A stretch of 40,267 nt of DNA from a virus (IMGVR_UViG_3300042352_001190:77578-117844); one strand, 5' to 3'. Positions 18,310 to 27,569 are shown, numbered from the stretch's first letter. Numbers and translations: made by a program. The notes: generated by a model from the letters alone, not told the origin.

Positions 18310-19950
18310 ATGGCAAAATCAAGATCTGCAGTAAGTTCAATATTAGATAAAGACACAAAAAGTCTTCCTAATATTATTGGTGCATTTAGAAATGGTAGAA
18401 CTGACCAGGTAGGGTATGACGATCCAACTTATTTTGGATTTGCAATCGATATTCATAGCACGGAAGAAGAAGCAAAGGGCACATATAATCCATGGACAGG
18501 CCTACGAGGCAGTCCGTTATTTTATTTGCCAACTTGGGCAACAGCTGGCTTAAATAAGGATAGTGGGATTATGGCAAAAAATGACACAGGTAAGAACTTT
18601 CCAGAACTATTAGCTGATGCAAGCGAAGCCTGTGCAATACAATATTTAAATAGTTTTGGACTTGATTTAGCGGAAACCCCTGATGAATTTGAACCAAACC
18701 GAGTAATATTAAATTCTGCAGCAGCAACTTTAGCAAACGGTAAGAGACCAGGCGGAAAGTTAAATAGAGGCTTCTATTTAATGGAATTTATTAAAATACT
18801 AAATTTAATACAGGATAAAACTCCATGGATATTTAAAGAAGTAGATGGAATTTCTGAATTATGGAAAGCCAGCCATGAAGCAACAGATCTAAAACCAGTA
18901 TCATTGGGAATTACTTGTGATGAAACTGTCGATCTTAGAATAACTCGTCTTGCTGAGGCATATCGAATGCTAAGTTATGATGCATTTAATCACAGAAAGG
19001 TATTACCACCTAATCTTGAAAAATTTTCAATGGATGTTTATTTTATAGATCTTAGATTTCTAAGAAACGCTAAAAATACTTCAGATGGATCAAACCCACT
19101 AATTGGTGGAGGAGGCGCAATTGATTATGACAATGAGTTTAGCGCACAAGTAAATTTTGGTGGAATTGCATTTAGATGTTTTGGTTGTAAGTTTGATTTT
19201 TCAAATTTATTAGAATCATCAACTGCTGTAAAATCTTCACTTAGTGATTCTTCTGGGTTTCAACCTAAATTTAAGATTAATATTGATAAAGTAATGCCAG
19301 CAAGTTATTTTGGAGATTTGGCATTTGGAACAAAGGGTCTTACTGAAGATATTAACTTTATGGACGGTGGCATGGGTAATGCACTAGGTGGAGCATTGGA
19401 CTTAGGACCTTTTACTGGAGGAATTACTAGAGTACTATCAGCCGGAAGAAGAGCCTTAACTAATATTTTAGGAAAACCGCAAAGAGCCCTAAATGATGCA
19501 CTTCTTGGGATAGAGCGAAAATTTGATGCATATATTGATAAAACACTCGATGAAAGTGGATTAAGTTCAAGACCATTTGATAGATGGACACCTACCACTC
19601 TAGAGTCAGTTGTTGCTGAACGAGGAGGTAGTGTCGCAAGCGAGGATCTTTATCCTGGAACAGTTTTTCAGCAGATACAACAAAGAAAAGCTGGCGGTAA
19701 AATCAGTAGAGATATGTTCCCCGGAACAGATAATAGAACTACACTTCCTATTAAAAACGATATTTTTCCCGGAAAAGATACTAGAACCAAAGCTCCAATT
19801 AAAAATGATATTTTCCCTGGACCATCTACTCAGCCAACTGGTAATATTGACAATGATGTTTTTCCTGGAGATGTGCCAATTTCATATGTGCTAAACCAAA
19901 GAAAATCTGGAGGTAAAATAACTAGTCAAAACCCATTTAAGAAACCATGA
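18310..19950 (+). CDS. Probable baseplate-tube junction protein (gp48/gp54-like) with C-terminal DxFPG repeats
   Basis: Baseplate context; tube-like beta pattern in the centre; low-complexity repeat tail. Confidence 0.45.
   Translation: MAKSRSAVSSILDKDTKSLPNIIGAFRNGRTDQVGYDDPTYFGFAIDIHSTEEEAKGTYNPWTGLRGSPLFYLPTWATAGLNKDSGIMAKNDTGKNFPELLADASEACAIQYLNSFGLDLAETPDEFEPNRVILNSAAATLANGKRPGGKLNRGFYLMEFIKILNLIQDKTPWIFKEVDGISELWKASHEATDLKPVSLGITCDETVDLRITRLAEAYRMLSYDAFNHRKVLPPNLEKFSMDVYFIDLRFLRNAKNTSDGSNPLIGGGGAIDYDNEFSAQVNFGGIAFRCFGCKFDFSNLLESSTAVKSSLSDSSGFQPKFKINIDKVMPASYFGDLAFGTKGLTEDINFMDGGMGNALGGALDLGPFTGGITRVLSAGRRALTNILGKPQRALNDALLGIERKFDAYIDKTLDESGLSSRPFDRWTPTTLESVVAERGGSVASEDLYPGTVFQQIQQRKAGGKISRDMFPGTDNRTTLPIKNDIFPGKDTRTKAPIKNDIFPGPSTQPTGNIDNDVFPGDVPISYVLNQRKSGGKITSQNPFKKP
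19645..19869 (+). repeat. Five degenerate D-[LMIV]-[YF]-P-G peptide repeats
   Basis: DLYPG, DMFPG, DIFPG, DIFPG, DVFPG; the last four are spaced 16 aa apart. Confidence 0.85.
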
Positions 19951-20750
19951 TTTTAAATCGTGACATAGATATTAGACGTAGGTCTGACTCTACCGTAGAT
20001 TATTTTATTAAAAAATATATGGGAACAGTCGTAGATGCAAATGATCCATTAAAACAGGGTCGTTGTAAAATTATGATACATGGAATTTTCGATACTCTTA
20101 AAACTGAAGATCTTCCATGGGCAAATCCTGCAACAAAGCCTACTTTTTTTGGAAAGGAGGGTGCTGCAAGTATTTCTATTCCAAAAAACGGTGCACTTGT
20201 AGTTGTAACATTTGACCAAGGTGATATTTACTCTCCGGAATATTCTCAATTACAGGAACTTGCAACAGATTTACAAGAAGAATTAAAAAAGGATGGCGAA
20301 TATCTAGGTTCGCATTTTATTCTATGGGATGGTGATGAACAACTTAAATTGTGGTTTACTGTTGGAAAGGGCTTAACCTTTGAAAATAAGAAATCAAGAA
20401 TCAATATTGCCCAGGATTCAACTATTACAATTGAACACAAAGATACCGAATCAATTATTGAATTAGAGGGTCCAACCATTAAAATTGTTGCAAATTCCAC
20501 TGTCGATATTACTGCAACCTCTGAGGTTAGGGTAACTTCTGAACAGGTGTGGCTCCGAGGAGACTTTACTCGTCTTGGTGCAAGCGGTTTAACTGAACCT
20601 GCTGTTATGGGAGATGCACTTATGGCAACAATTGAATCCCTAGCCTCTATGATTGATGGTAAACTTCCATCTACCCCAGGCCTAGCTAAAGGCGTCGTAA
20701 GTTTAGCAAAACCGTTAATTTTATCAGATACTGTTACAGTAGGTAAGTAA
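19947..20750 (+). CDS. gp5: gp5/VgrG-like baseplate spike protein (OB-fold plus short beta-helix, no lysozyme domain visible)
   Basis: [20 protein letters not shown]......LPWA..., SIP..GA.V.V.F..GD, then TxTIxH/VxIxA beta-helix-like repeats. Confidence 0.8.
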   Translation: MILNRDIDIRRRSDSTVDYFIKKYMGTVVDANDPLKQGRCKIMIHGIFDTLKTEDLPWANPATKPTFFGKEGAASISIPKNGALVVVTFDQGDIYSPEYSQLQELATDLQEELKKDGEYLGSHFILWDGDEQLKLWFTVGKGLTFENKKSRINIAQDSTITIEHKDTESIIELEGPTIKIVANSTVDITATSEVRVTSEQVWLRGDFTRLGASGLTEPAVMGDALMATIESLASMIDGKLPSTPGLAKGVVSLAKPLILSDTVTVGK

Positions 20751-20769
20751 TTTAGGTATATTAATTATA

Positions 20770-21633
20770 GTGAAAGACTATTATAATATACTAGGCATAG
20801 AGCGTGGATGTAGTCAGGATGATATTAAAAAAGCTTACCGAAAGTTAGCAATTAAATACCACCCTGATAAAAATCCCGACGGCGATTCCAAATTTAAGGA
20901 AATCGCTGAAGCATATGGTGTATTAGGAGATCAGGAAAAAAGGGCCAGTTATGATCGAGGAGGTTCGGCAGGGTCTACATTTGAAGATCTTCGAGATATG
21001 TTTGGCGGATTTGGTGCAAATGATATTTTTACCCAAAACTGGGGAATTGACCTGGATATTGTAGTTAACCAAAAGATTGAACTTAAGGATCTTTTAGTTG
21101 GAAAAACTATTGAGGTAGTTTATAATAAAAAAGGTGATTCTACTCCAAATAGATTTAGTGTAGATATTAAACCGGATCAAACTAAGCATCAACTTATTTT
21201 TGATGGTAAGCGAGTATTTTCCAGACTAACTTTCCAAAATATGGGTAATCAAGGTAAACTTGGTGGAGGTAGTATGTTTAATAGAACATTTATTGGAAAT
21301 CTATACGTTTTATTAGAAATTGTATTGCCAGCTGGAATTGAAATTGACTCAGTTGGAAATATTGTAGATAATAGAAGTGTAACACTTGATGAATTAATTA
21401 ATATCGAAAATCTAATCTTCGAGTCTGTTTCTGGAACAAAGTTTAAAATTAAATCTCTTAACGCTAAGTCCTTTAGTGATATTCAAATAACTATTCCTGG
21501 TCGAGGATTAGGCTCTCCTGCTGTAAATAAAGGTTCGTATATCTTTAAAATTCACACAAATGTGCCTAATTTTGATAAACTAACTGATCTCGAGAAGCAA
21601 GATCTAATAAGCCTAATAAATAAGACTAAATAG
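20770..21633 (+). CDS. dnaJ: DnaJ-family co-chaperone (J domain, short G/F region, C-terminal domain; no zinc finger)
   Basis: DYYNILG...[17 protein letters not shown]...[13 protein letters not shown]. Confidence 0.92.
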   Translation: MKDYYNILGIERGCSQDDIKKAYRKLAIKYHPDKNPDGDSKFKEIAEAYGVLGDQEKRASYDRGGSAGSTFEDLRDMFGGFGANDIFTQNWGIDLDIVVNQKIELKDLLVGKTIEVVYNKKGDSTPNRFSVDIKPDQTKHQLIFDGKRVFSRLTFQNMGNQGKLGGGSMFNRTFIGNLYVLLEIVLPAGIEIDSVGNIVDNRSVTLDELINIENLIFESVSGTKFKIKSLNAKSFSDIQITIPGRGLGSPAVNKGSYIFKIHTNVPNFDKLTDLEKQDLISLINKTK

Positions 21634-21676
21634 GTGTCAACTTGTCACTTGTTGCGAATTATTTGTATCAATACGA

Positions 21677-21684
21677 TATAAATA
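21677..21684 (+). promoter_or_regulatory. Late promoter, exact T4 consensus TATAAATA
   Basis: 20 nt before an in-frame GTG at 21705; a second ATAAATA lies at 21616-21622. Confidence 0.65.
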
Positions 21685-21704
21685 ATAAAAAAAAATCAGG
21701 CAAC

Positions 21705-23738
21705 GTGGTCCTTACAGGCGTAAACGAAATTACAAATACTTCAGATATGCTCTTCATTATTGAAAGAGTAAATGAAGGTTTAAACACAGCTAAGTTAGAA
21801 AACGGAGACATTGTTATGGAAGGTGTTTGTGCAGTATTTGACACAAAGAACAATAACAACCGTATCTACGAAAAAGCTGAGTATCTTCCCCACCTAGAAT
21901 ACCTAAACGAGAAAATCGAAAGAGGTCAATTATTTGGTGAGTTAGACCACCCTCAAAATTTTGACGTTTCACTTAAGAATGTTTCTCACGTAGTTGAGAA
22001 ATTATGGTACGATCAAGATTCTAATAACGTAAAAATTAAAGTACGTCTGCTAAATACACCAGCTGGCCAGATTGCAAAAACTCTAGTTGAGTCAGGCTGT
22101 ACTATTTCAACTTCTTCAAGAGCTGCTGGTCAGGTAATGAATGAAGGTAAAGTAAAAATCCAAAGAATATTCACATATGACTTAGTAGCTGAACCTGGTT
22201 TCAGTGAAGCAGTTCTTAGAAGATCAGTTAACGAGAGCTTCCAAAGCAATTACTCTATGCTTTTTGAATCTTTGGACAATATTAAATCAACCTCAATTAT
22301 AAACAAGTTAGTCGATATCTCTGAGAGCTTAAACCTCGCAGAATCGATCAAAGTTTATAAGATAAATAATGAAGAGATAGTAAAACCTATGGAAAATAAT
22401 AACAAACACATGACTAATGAGTTTGTAACGAAAGAAGCATTCAACCAATACTCTGAACTTGTTAAGAGCAAGTTCGACGCGCTTAAAGAGAGCGTAGATA
22501 AGATGGTTGATAACTTCGCAGTTACCGAAGACGACCAACCTACTGATGCTCCAGTGGTTGAAGATCCAAATGCTGAAAAAGAAGAAGAAAACGCACCTGC
22601 TACCAACGAACAGTTGGTTGAGTACGTTAACTATCTTTCAAGCGAGCTTGGCAAAGTAATTGAATATAACAATTACCTTTCTGGCATGTTAAACAAATCT
22701 ATTAATTATTCTGAGCATGTTGCTGAGAAAGTTAATAAGGTAATTGATTACTCTGATTATCTTGCAGAAAAAGTTGAACAAGGTATCGGTTACTCTGAAT
22801 ACGTTGCTGAAAACTTAAATAGTGCAATTGACTATTCTGAGCATATCGCAGAAAACGTAAACAAAAATATTAAATACACAGAGTACTTAGCAGAAAACCT
22901 TGATAAAGGAATTCAATATTCTGAGTATGTTGCTGAAAAATCAGAACAAGGTATCAGATACACTGAATACGTTGCTGAAAACTTAAAGCACTCTATTGGT
23001 TACGCTAACTATCTTGCTGAGAACCTTGAAAGAGGAATCAAATATTCTGAGTATATCGCAACTGAATTAAATGAAGGTAAAGTAGGTCTTTCTACTAAGT
23101 CTGCCTCTGCATTTAGCCAAATCGAAAAATTAGACGAATCTGTAAACTACCAAGTTTCTGAAGGTTCTAATGTTAATGATATTGTTGGTTCAGTTAATGC
23201 AATTGTTAAGCATATCAAAGATAATTCAGCTAAATCTGTATTAGAAAGCAGATATCCTTTCTTAAAGCTTCTTAACGAAGATAATAAATCAAGATTCTTT
23301 AATTTAGATCAAACTCAAAAAACTGCTATCATTGAAGCTCTTTCTGGAGCAGTTTACTTCAAAGAAGAAGATGTTATTCAAATTATTGAATCAGTTCTTA
23401 ATAAGCAACAAGAAAATATTCCTAACTTAATTAAGTTCATGCCTGCTAAATTCAAAGATATTTTTGAAAGCATGACTCCTGCTGAAAAGAGCCGTTTAGA
23501 AGCACAAGCTTCTTTAACTGTTCTTAATACTCCTTACCAAGTTAAAAACTTCTGGGAGAGCAGAGATTTAAGAGGTGTTAATGAAAGAATTTATTTCGAA
23601 AAACAAAATAAAAATGCGCAACATATCAACGAAAGCCAAGGTAGAGAAGGTTTTATCTCGATTGAGAAAGTTGCGGAACATCAAAGAGGTTATGGTAATG
23701 CATACCTCGACGCTCTAAAAAGAAGAGCACAAAACTAA
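21705..23738 (+). CDS. gp21: Prohead protease (gp21-like) fused to a coiled-coil scaffold (gp22-like)
   Basis: MEGVCAVFDTKNNNNRIY, GELDHP, VSHVV, ISTSSRAAG, TYDLVAEPGF; then 14-aa repeats. Start uncertain: GTG 21705 or ATG 21747; the track start 21642 lies upstream of the promoter. Confidence 0.88.
   Translation: MVLTGVNEITNTSDMLFIIERVNEGLNTAKLENGDIVMEGVCAVFDTKNNNNRIYEKAEYLPHLEYLNEKIERGQLFGELDHPQNFDVSLKNVSHVVEKLWYDQDSNNVKIKVRLLNTPAGQIAKTLVESGCTISTSSRAAGQVMNEGKVKIQRIFTYDLVAEPGFSEAVLRRSVNESFQSNYSMLFESLDNIKSTSIINKLVDISESLNLAESIKVYKINNEEIVKPMENNNKHMTNEFVTKEAFNQYSELVKSKFDALKESVDKMVDNFAVTEDDQPTDAPVVEDPNAEKEEENAPATNEQLVEYVNYLSSELGKVIEYNNYLSGMLNKSINYSEHVAEKVNKVIDYSDYLAEKVEQGIGYSEYVAENLNSAIDYSEHIAENVNKNIKYTEYLAENLDKGIQYSEYVAEKSEQGIRYTEYVAENLKHSIGYANYLAENLERGIKYSEYIATELNEGKVGLSTKSASAFSQIEKLDESVNYQVSEGSNVNDIVGSVNAIVKHIKDNSAKSVLESRYPFLKLLNEDNKSRFFNLDQTQKTAIIEALSGAVYFKEEDVIQIIESVLNKQQENIPNLIKFMPAKFKDIFESMTPAEKSRLEAQASLTVLNTPYQVKNFWESRDLRGVNERIYFEKQNKNAQHINESQGREGFISIEKVAEHQRGYGNAYLDALKRRAQN
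22608..23069 (+). repeat. Eleven tandem 14-aa (42-nt) coiled-coil repeats, consensus xKxIxYSEY[VLI]AEx[LV]
   Basis: EQLVEYVNYLSSEL ... ERGIKYSEYIATEL; 11 x 42 nt = 462 nt exactly. Confidence 0.9.
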
Positions 23739-23755
23739 AAAATTTTTAAAACAAA

Positions 23756-25288
23756 ATGTCTACAAAAGTATTTAAAAGACTAAACGATTCTTCTGTTAAG
23801 TCAACTTGGACTCCGGTTTTAGAAAGCTATGGTGTAAACGCAGATTCACGTCCTTGGTTAGTAGATTATTGCCACTATCACGCAATGTTCGAAAACGCAG
23901 GTGCAATCAACGAAGCTGCTGTTGCTCCAGGTTTATTCTATCAACAACCAGGTTCTATCAGTTCAATCGGTAACCCATTAGCTCCTACAACAGGTGCAAA
24001 CGGTTCTGGCGATAAATTCCCTAGCTTATTGCCTGTTGCTATTCAAGTAGCAGCTAAAACAATTGGTTTCGACCTAGTTGGTGTAGTTCCTATGGATTCT
24101 CCAGTTGGTTTCTTACCTTATTTGGATTATGTTTACCAAGGTGGTAACGTTGGATCTGAATTCGAACCGTATTTGATCAAAACTAACCTTGACGTAGCTA
24201 ACCCAGCTGCAACTGCAAACGGTACAGACTTTATCCAAGTTGGTAAATCTCGTTTAGATGGTAAATTCATCTACAAAGTTGTTACTGGTACTGACGCTAG
24301 CGTTACTGTAGCTCAAGAAGCTGTTACTGCATCTATCGCTACTGCTGTTAGTGATGTTGAATTAGTATCTGCTTTAGAAAACCACATCTCTGGTTTCACT
24401 TCATTAAGTGATGCTGATTGGGCTGATGGTTCTCCTGCAGTAACTGGTCCTTTCTTAGCTGGAACTGAGTACACTCAGTCTATGTCAAGAGGTGCTGGTG
24501 AAACTTCTAAGTTTCGTCAAATGGGTCTTAAAATGTTCACTAAGTTTGTTGAGGCTAAAACTTCTCAAGTTTCTATCTCTGCAACAGTTGAGCAAATCCA
24601 AGACCTTAACCGCGTTTGGAATTTCGACGCAATCTCTATGTTAGAGAATGTTGCTGTTAACGAGCTTGCTCAAACAATCAACAAAGAAATCGTTTCTAAA
24701 GTTAAAAACTTAGCAACAACTCACGCAACTGCAGCTGCTTCAGCTGAAGGTTACGTTAATAAAGTTTTCGTTCAACCAGGTACTGGTACTTTCGAAAACG
24801 TAACGACTTCTCAAAGAAAATTAGTTACTAAGATTCTTGAATCTGCTAACTTAATTTACCACAGAGCTCGTTTCGGTGCTGGTACTTTCGCAGTAGTTTC
24901 TGCTAAAGTTGCATCTGCTATGGCTGATGCTGCTGGTTACTCTATCGCTCCATTCAACAATGATTTAGGTTCTGCTGCTGGAACTCTTTACCCTGCTGGT
25001 AAAGTTCACGGTTTAACTATCTATGTTGATCCAAACTTACGTTTCGATGACAACACTGTTCTTATCGGTCGTAAAGGTGCAGACGAAGAGCCAGGACTTA
25101 AATTCATGCCTTATATCATGGCTGAATCTCTTCAAACTATTTCTGAGGGTACATTCTCTCCGAAAATCGGTATGAAGTCAAGATACGCATTGGTTGAAGC
25201 TGGATGGCATCCACAAACTCAGTATGTTCAGTTTAGCATCCTAAACAACTCAACTGATAACACAACTGGTATCTCTTTCTTAGGTTAA
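23756..25288 (+). CDS. gp23: Major capsid protein (gp23-like)
   Basis: WTPVLES, IGFDLVGVVPMDSP, ELAQTINKEIV, YVDP, FMPYI, PKIGMKSRYAL; probable maturation site INE53|A; strongly biased codons. Confidence 0.93.
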   Translation: MSTKVFKRLNDSSVKSTWTPVLESYGVNADSRPWLVDYCHYHAMFENAGAINEAAVAPGLFYQQPGSISSIGNPLAPTTGANGSGDKFPSLLPVAIQVAAKTIGFDLVGVVPMDSPVGFLPYLDYVYQGGNVGSEFEPYLIKTNLDVANPAATANGTDFIQVGKSRLDGKFIYKVVTGTDASVTVAQEAVTASIATAVSDVELVSALENHISGFTSLSDADWADGSPAVTGPFLAGTEYTQSMSRGAGETSKFRQMGLKMFTKFVEAKTSQVSISATVEQIQDLNRVWNFDAISMLENVAVNELAQTINKEIVSKVKNLATTHATAAASAEGYVNKVFVQPGTGTFENVTTSQRKLVTKILESANLIYHRARFGAGTFAVVSAKVASAMADAAGYSIAPFNNDLGSAAGTLYPAGKVHGLTIYVDPNLRFDDNTVLIGRKGADEEPGLKFMPYIMAESLQTISEGTFSPKIGMKSRYALVEAGWHPQTQYVQFSILNNSTDNTTGISFLG

Positions 25289-25313
25289 TCTTAATTGACT
25301 TAATAATAAAAGT

Positions 25314-25343
25314 AAAGCCCTCTTCGGAGGGCTTTCTTATTTT
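25314..25343 (+). terminator. Rho-independent terminator with cUUCGg tetraloop after the capsid gene
   Basis: AAAGCCCTC-TTCG-GAGGGCTTT followed by CTTATTTT. Confidence 0.9.
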
Positions 25344-25353
25344 AAGAGGTCAG

Positions 25354-25360
25354 ATAAATA
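25354..25360 (+). promoter_or_regulatory. Putative late promoter (GATAAATA)
   Basis: Immediately after the capsid-gene terminator. Confidence 0.6.
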
Positions 25361-25438
25361 ACTAAAATAATTGTCTAATTAGGTAATTATAAAAAGTATT
25401 TACTCTGAGACCTCTGTCGGCCTTAATTTCTTTTTAAT

Positions 25439-25516
25439 ATGAATACTCATATTGCAAGATTGAAGAGACCAGGAGTGATCAGGGAAGATCGAGTAATTAA
25501 AAAAACGAAACAATAA
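25439..25516 (+). CDS. Possible 25-aa peptide MNTHIARLKRPGVIREDRVIKKTKQ
   Basis: ATG..TAA ending 1 nt before the next ATG; no SD; short enough to be chance. Confidence 0.35.
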   Translation: MNTHIARLKRPGVIREDRVIKKTKQ

Positions 25517-25517
25517 A

Positions 25518-25871
25518 ATGGCAAACCCAGTATTGTCTTACACAGAATTCCTAAACGAAAAAGTTAACCAAAACTTAGCAGTTATGCCTGCAGCAGGTGC
25601 TAGATTAGGAAAAAGCGTTGATCCTAAAATGGCTAAATTAGATATGCCTAAAGGTTCTAGCATTAAAAAATCAGTTGATGCAAAAATGACTGATCTTAAG
25701 GCTGCTAAAGGTTCTAAAATCTCTAAGTCAGTTAATTCTAACTTTGCTGAAGCAACCCCTAAAGGTAAAGCTATCACTAAGTCAGTTGATCCTGCATTCG
25801 GTAACTTAGTTATCAAAGGAAAGGCTATCTCTAAGTCAGTTGACGCTCAGATGGCTAAGAAACAAAAATAA
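25518..25871 (+). CDS. Basic repeat-containing putative internal head protein (CTS-like)
   Basis: MANPVLSYTEFLNE|K, then KSVD...KG.xI repeats. Confidence 0.75.
   Translation: MANPVLSYTEFLNEKVNQNLAVMPAAGARLGKSVDPKMAKLDMPKGSSIKKSVDAKMTDLKAAKGSKISKSVNSNFAEATPKGKAITKSVDPAFGNLVIKGKAISKSVDAQMAKKQK
25611..25859 (+). repeat. Five 18-19-aa Lys-rich repeats (KSV[DN]...KG[SK]xI[KST])
   Basis: KSVDPKMAKLDMPKGSSIK / KSVDAKMTDLKAAKGSKIS / KSVNSNFAEATPKGKAIT / KSVDPAFGNLVIKGKAIS / KSVDAQMAK. Confidence 0.85.
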
Positions 25872-25882
25872 TTAAAAACTCG

Positions 25883-26362
25883 ATGAGGATTACATTAAGT
25901 ATACCTCGCAGCATTGTTCAGTACATGGACGAAGTTGGCGTGCCAATGCAAGAAAGAGCAGATCTTTATGAAAGATTTGTATCGTATTCTATCGGTCTAA
26001 TGACTGGGGATGAGCTTGATCGCTTTGAGTCATATGCATCTGATCATGAATCAGAATATGCTGGCGAATCAATGACATTCGAGTCTTTTGTTGCAATCAA
26101 TGAAAAATCTAGAAATTCTCTTAAAGAATTAGTAGGTAAAGATGATGAAGAAGAACTAGATCTTGATGATGCACGTCGTATTGGAAAGAAAGTTTCTAGA
26201 ATGACTGGAGATGATCGTAAGAAATTCGTTGGAATTATTAATTTCATGGGTGCAAGCTGTAGAATATACAATGAAATTTGGGCAAACTATAAACCAGTTG
26301 ATCCAGAAAGAAAAGATTCCAATAAAGGTAAAGCCTTTAGAGGAGAAAAACCACAAGCATAA
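25883..26362 (+). CDS. Hypothetical late protein with an internal CTS-like site
   Basis: SMTFESFVAINE|KS at mid-protein. Confidence 0.7.
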   Translation: MRITLSIPRSIVQYMDEVGVPMQERADLYERFVSYSIGLMTGDELDRFESYASDHESEYAGESMTFESFVAINEKSRNSLKELVGKDDEEELDLDDARRIGKKVSRMTGDDRKKFVGIINFMGASCRIYNEIWANYKPVDPERKDSNKGKAFRGEKPQA

Positions 26363-26366
26363 TTAA

Positions 26367-27554
26367 ATGAGCGTTATTTGCGAAATTTTCCAAAGTCACG
26401 AGATTAAATGGCAAGTTAAAGACTGCGAGCCAAAATGGAATCAAAACGAACAAAAAACCGTTTTGCATAACTTTAATGTGTACCCTGATCTAGATTTCGT
26501 AGATGCATATGGTAATTCAACCTATGTCAAATATACTGGTGCTGATAAAATTAGAGAGCTTCTTCTTGAAATCCACAAAGTAATTTGTGGTCATGTTAAT
26601 TCAAAGAAGAGTACAGATTCTACTAAAAATGAAGCATTGGAACTTCCAGCAGGTGGATCAAATTTGCCTGCAGTTCAAGGAAGTAGAGAACTTGCAACTA
26701 CACAAAAGCCAGGATTACCTGCAGTAACACAAAAGCCTGGACTACCAGCAGTTACACAAAAACCAGGTTTACCTGCAACAATTCCATACGATGCAAGCCA
26801 ATATGCAAAGGATCCTGAACCAGAAGAGCAAAAACTCCTACCTGCTCCAAATGAATCTGCTTTCTACTGTTTAACAATGGAAGACGATTCTAAAGTAATT
26901 CACACAATTGAGTTTGAAGCTGGAAAAGCTGCACCGACCGCAGATTCCCTAATAGGAACTGAAATTGAAGAAAAAGGAAAGGTTAAACTTGCTTCAGGTC
27001 CTTATAAAACCTTAGAAGAGGTTGAAAAGGAGTGTACAATTGAAGAAAAGCCGGAAGAGGATTGTTGTAACTATTATGTAACAATTAAAACTGATAAACT
27101 CAGAATGATTGAAGAAGGTTCTGGCGAAAAGAATATTAAGTTTAGATACTTAATGTCTAATAATATGTTAAAGGACCTTGGTGATGATAAATTATCAAAT
27201 GCTGATAAATTCACAATAACAGTTACTCCAGCATCAACTGGTTTAACTAAATTATTTGGAGCAAGCTTTGATATGAAATTGGAAGATTTTCAAATTGACG
27301 ATCCTAAATATCCAGGTAATTTAATTGTTGCAGTTATTCCAACACTAGATCTAGAAATAAGCGGTAATGAATCGCTTGCTGCAACTCACTCAGCTAAAAC
27401 TTATAATGAAGTTAGTGCTAGAGAATTAAGACGCAGAATAAGTGAATTGGAATTTAGCGATAGAGCTAAAACCATGACACAAGAACAAAAAGATGCTGAA
27501 TTTAGAAAGCTTCTTACCAAATGGGAGGAAGACGAACGTCGAGATAAAGCATAA
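26367..27554 (+). CDS. Hypothetical late protein (395 aa) with a Pro-rich repeat linker
   Basis: Long ORF in the late operon, just before the tube gene. Confidence 0.75.
   Translation: MSVICEIFQSHEIKWQVKDCEPKWNQNEQKTVLHNFNVYPDLDFVDAYGNSTYVKYTGADKIRELLLEIHKVICGHVNSKKSTDSTKNEALELPAGGSNLPAVQGSRELATTQKPGLPAVTQKPGLPAVTQKPGLPATIPYDASQYAKDPEPEEQKLLPAPNESAFYCLTMEDDSKVIHTIEFEAGKAAPTADSLIGTEIEEKGKVKLASGPYKTLEEVEKECTIEEKPEEDCCNYYVTIKTDKLRMIEEGSGEKNIKFRYLMSNNMLKDLGDDKLSNADKFTITVTPASTGLTKLFGASFDMKLEDFQIDDPKYPGNLIVAVIPTLDLEISGNESLAATHSAKTYNEVSARELRRRISELEFSDRAKTMTQEQKDAEFRKLLTKWEEDERRDKA
26700..26780 (+). repeat. Three tandem 27-nt repeats encoding TQKPGLPA[VT]
   Basis: ACACAAAAGCCAGGATTACCTGCAGTA / ACACAAAAGCCTGGACTACCAGCAGTT / ACACAAAAACCAGGTTTACCTGCAACA. 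Confidence 0.9.
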
Positions 27555-27562
27555 TTCAATGA

Positions 27563-27569
27563 ATAAATA
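27563..27569 (+). promoter_or_regulatory. Putative late promoter (ATAAATA)
   Basis: Intergenic, 20 nt before the tail tube ATG at 27590. Confidence 0.6.

Noticed and set aside
21642-21704. Track start (TTG 21642) for the protease gene
   Set aside because: It lies upstream of the consensus late promoter at 21677-21684; GTG 21705 or ATG 21747 fits better
22608-23069. 42-nt periodicity as a CRISPR-like or non-coding array
   Set aside because: Units are degenerate at the DNA level, in frame and conserved as protein heptads; there is no repeat-spacer alternation
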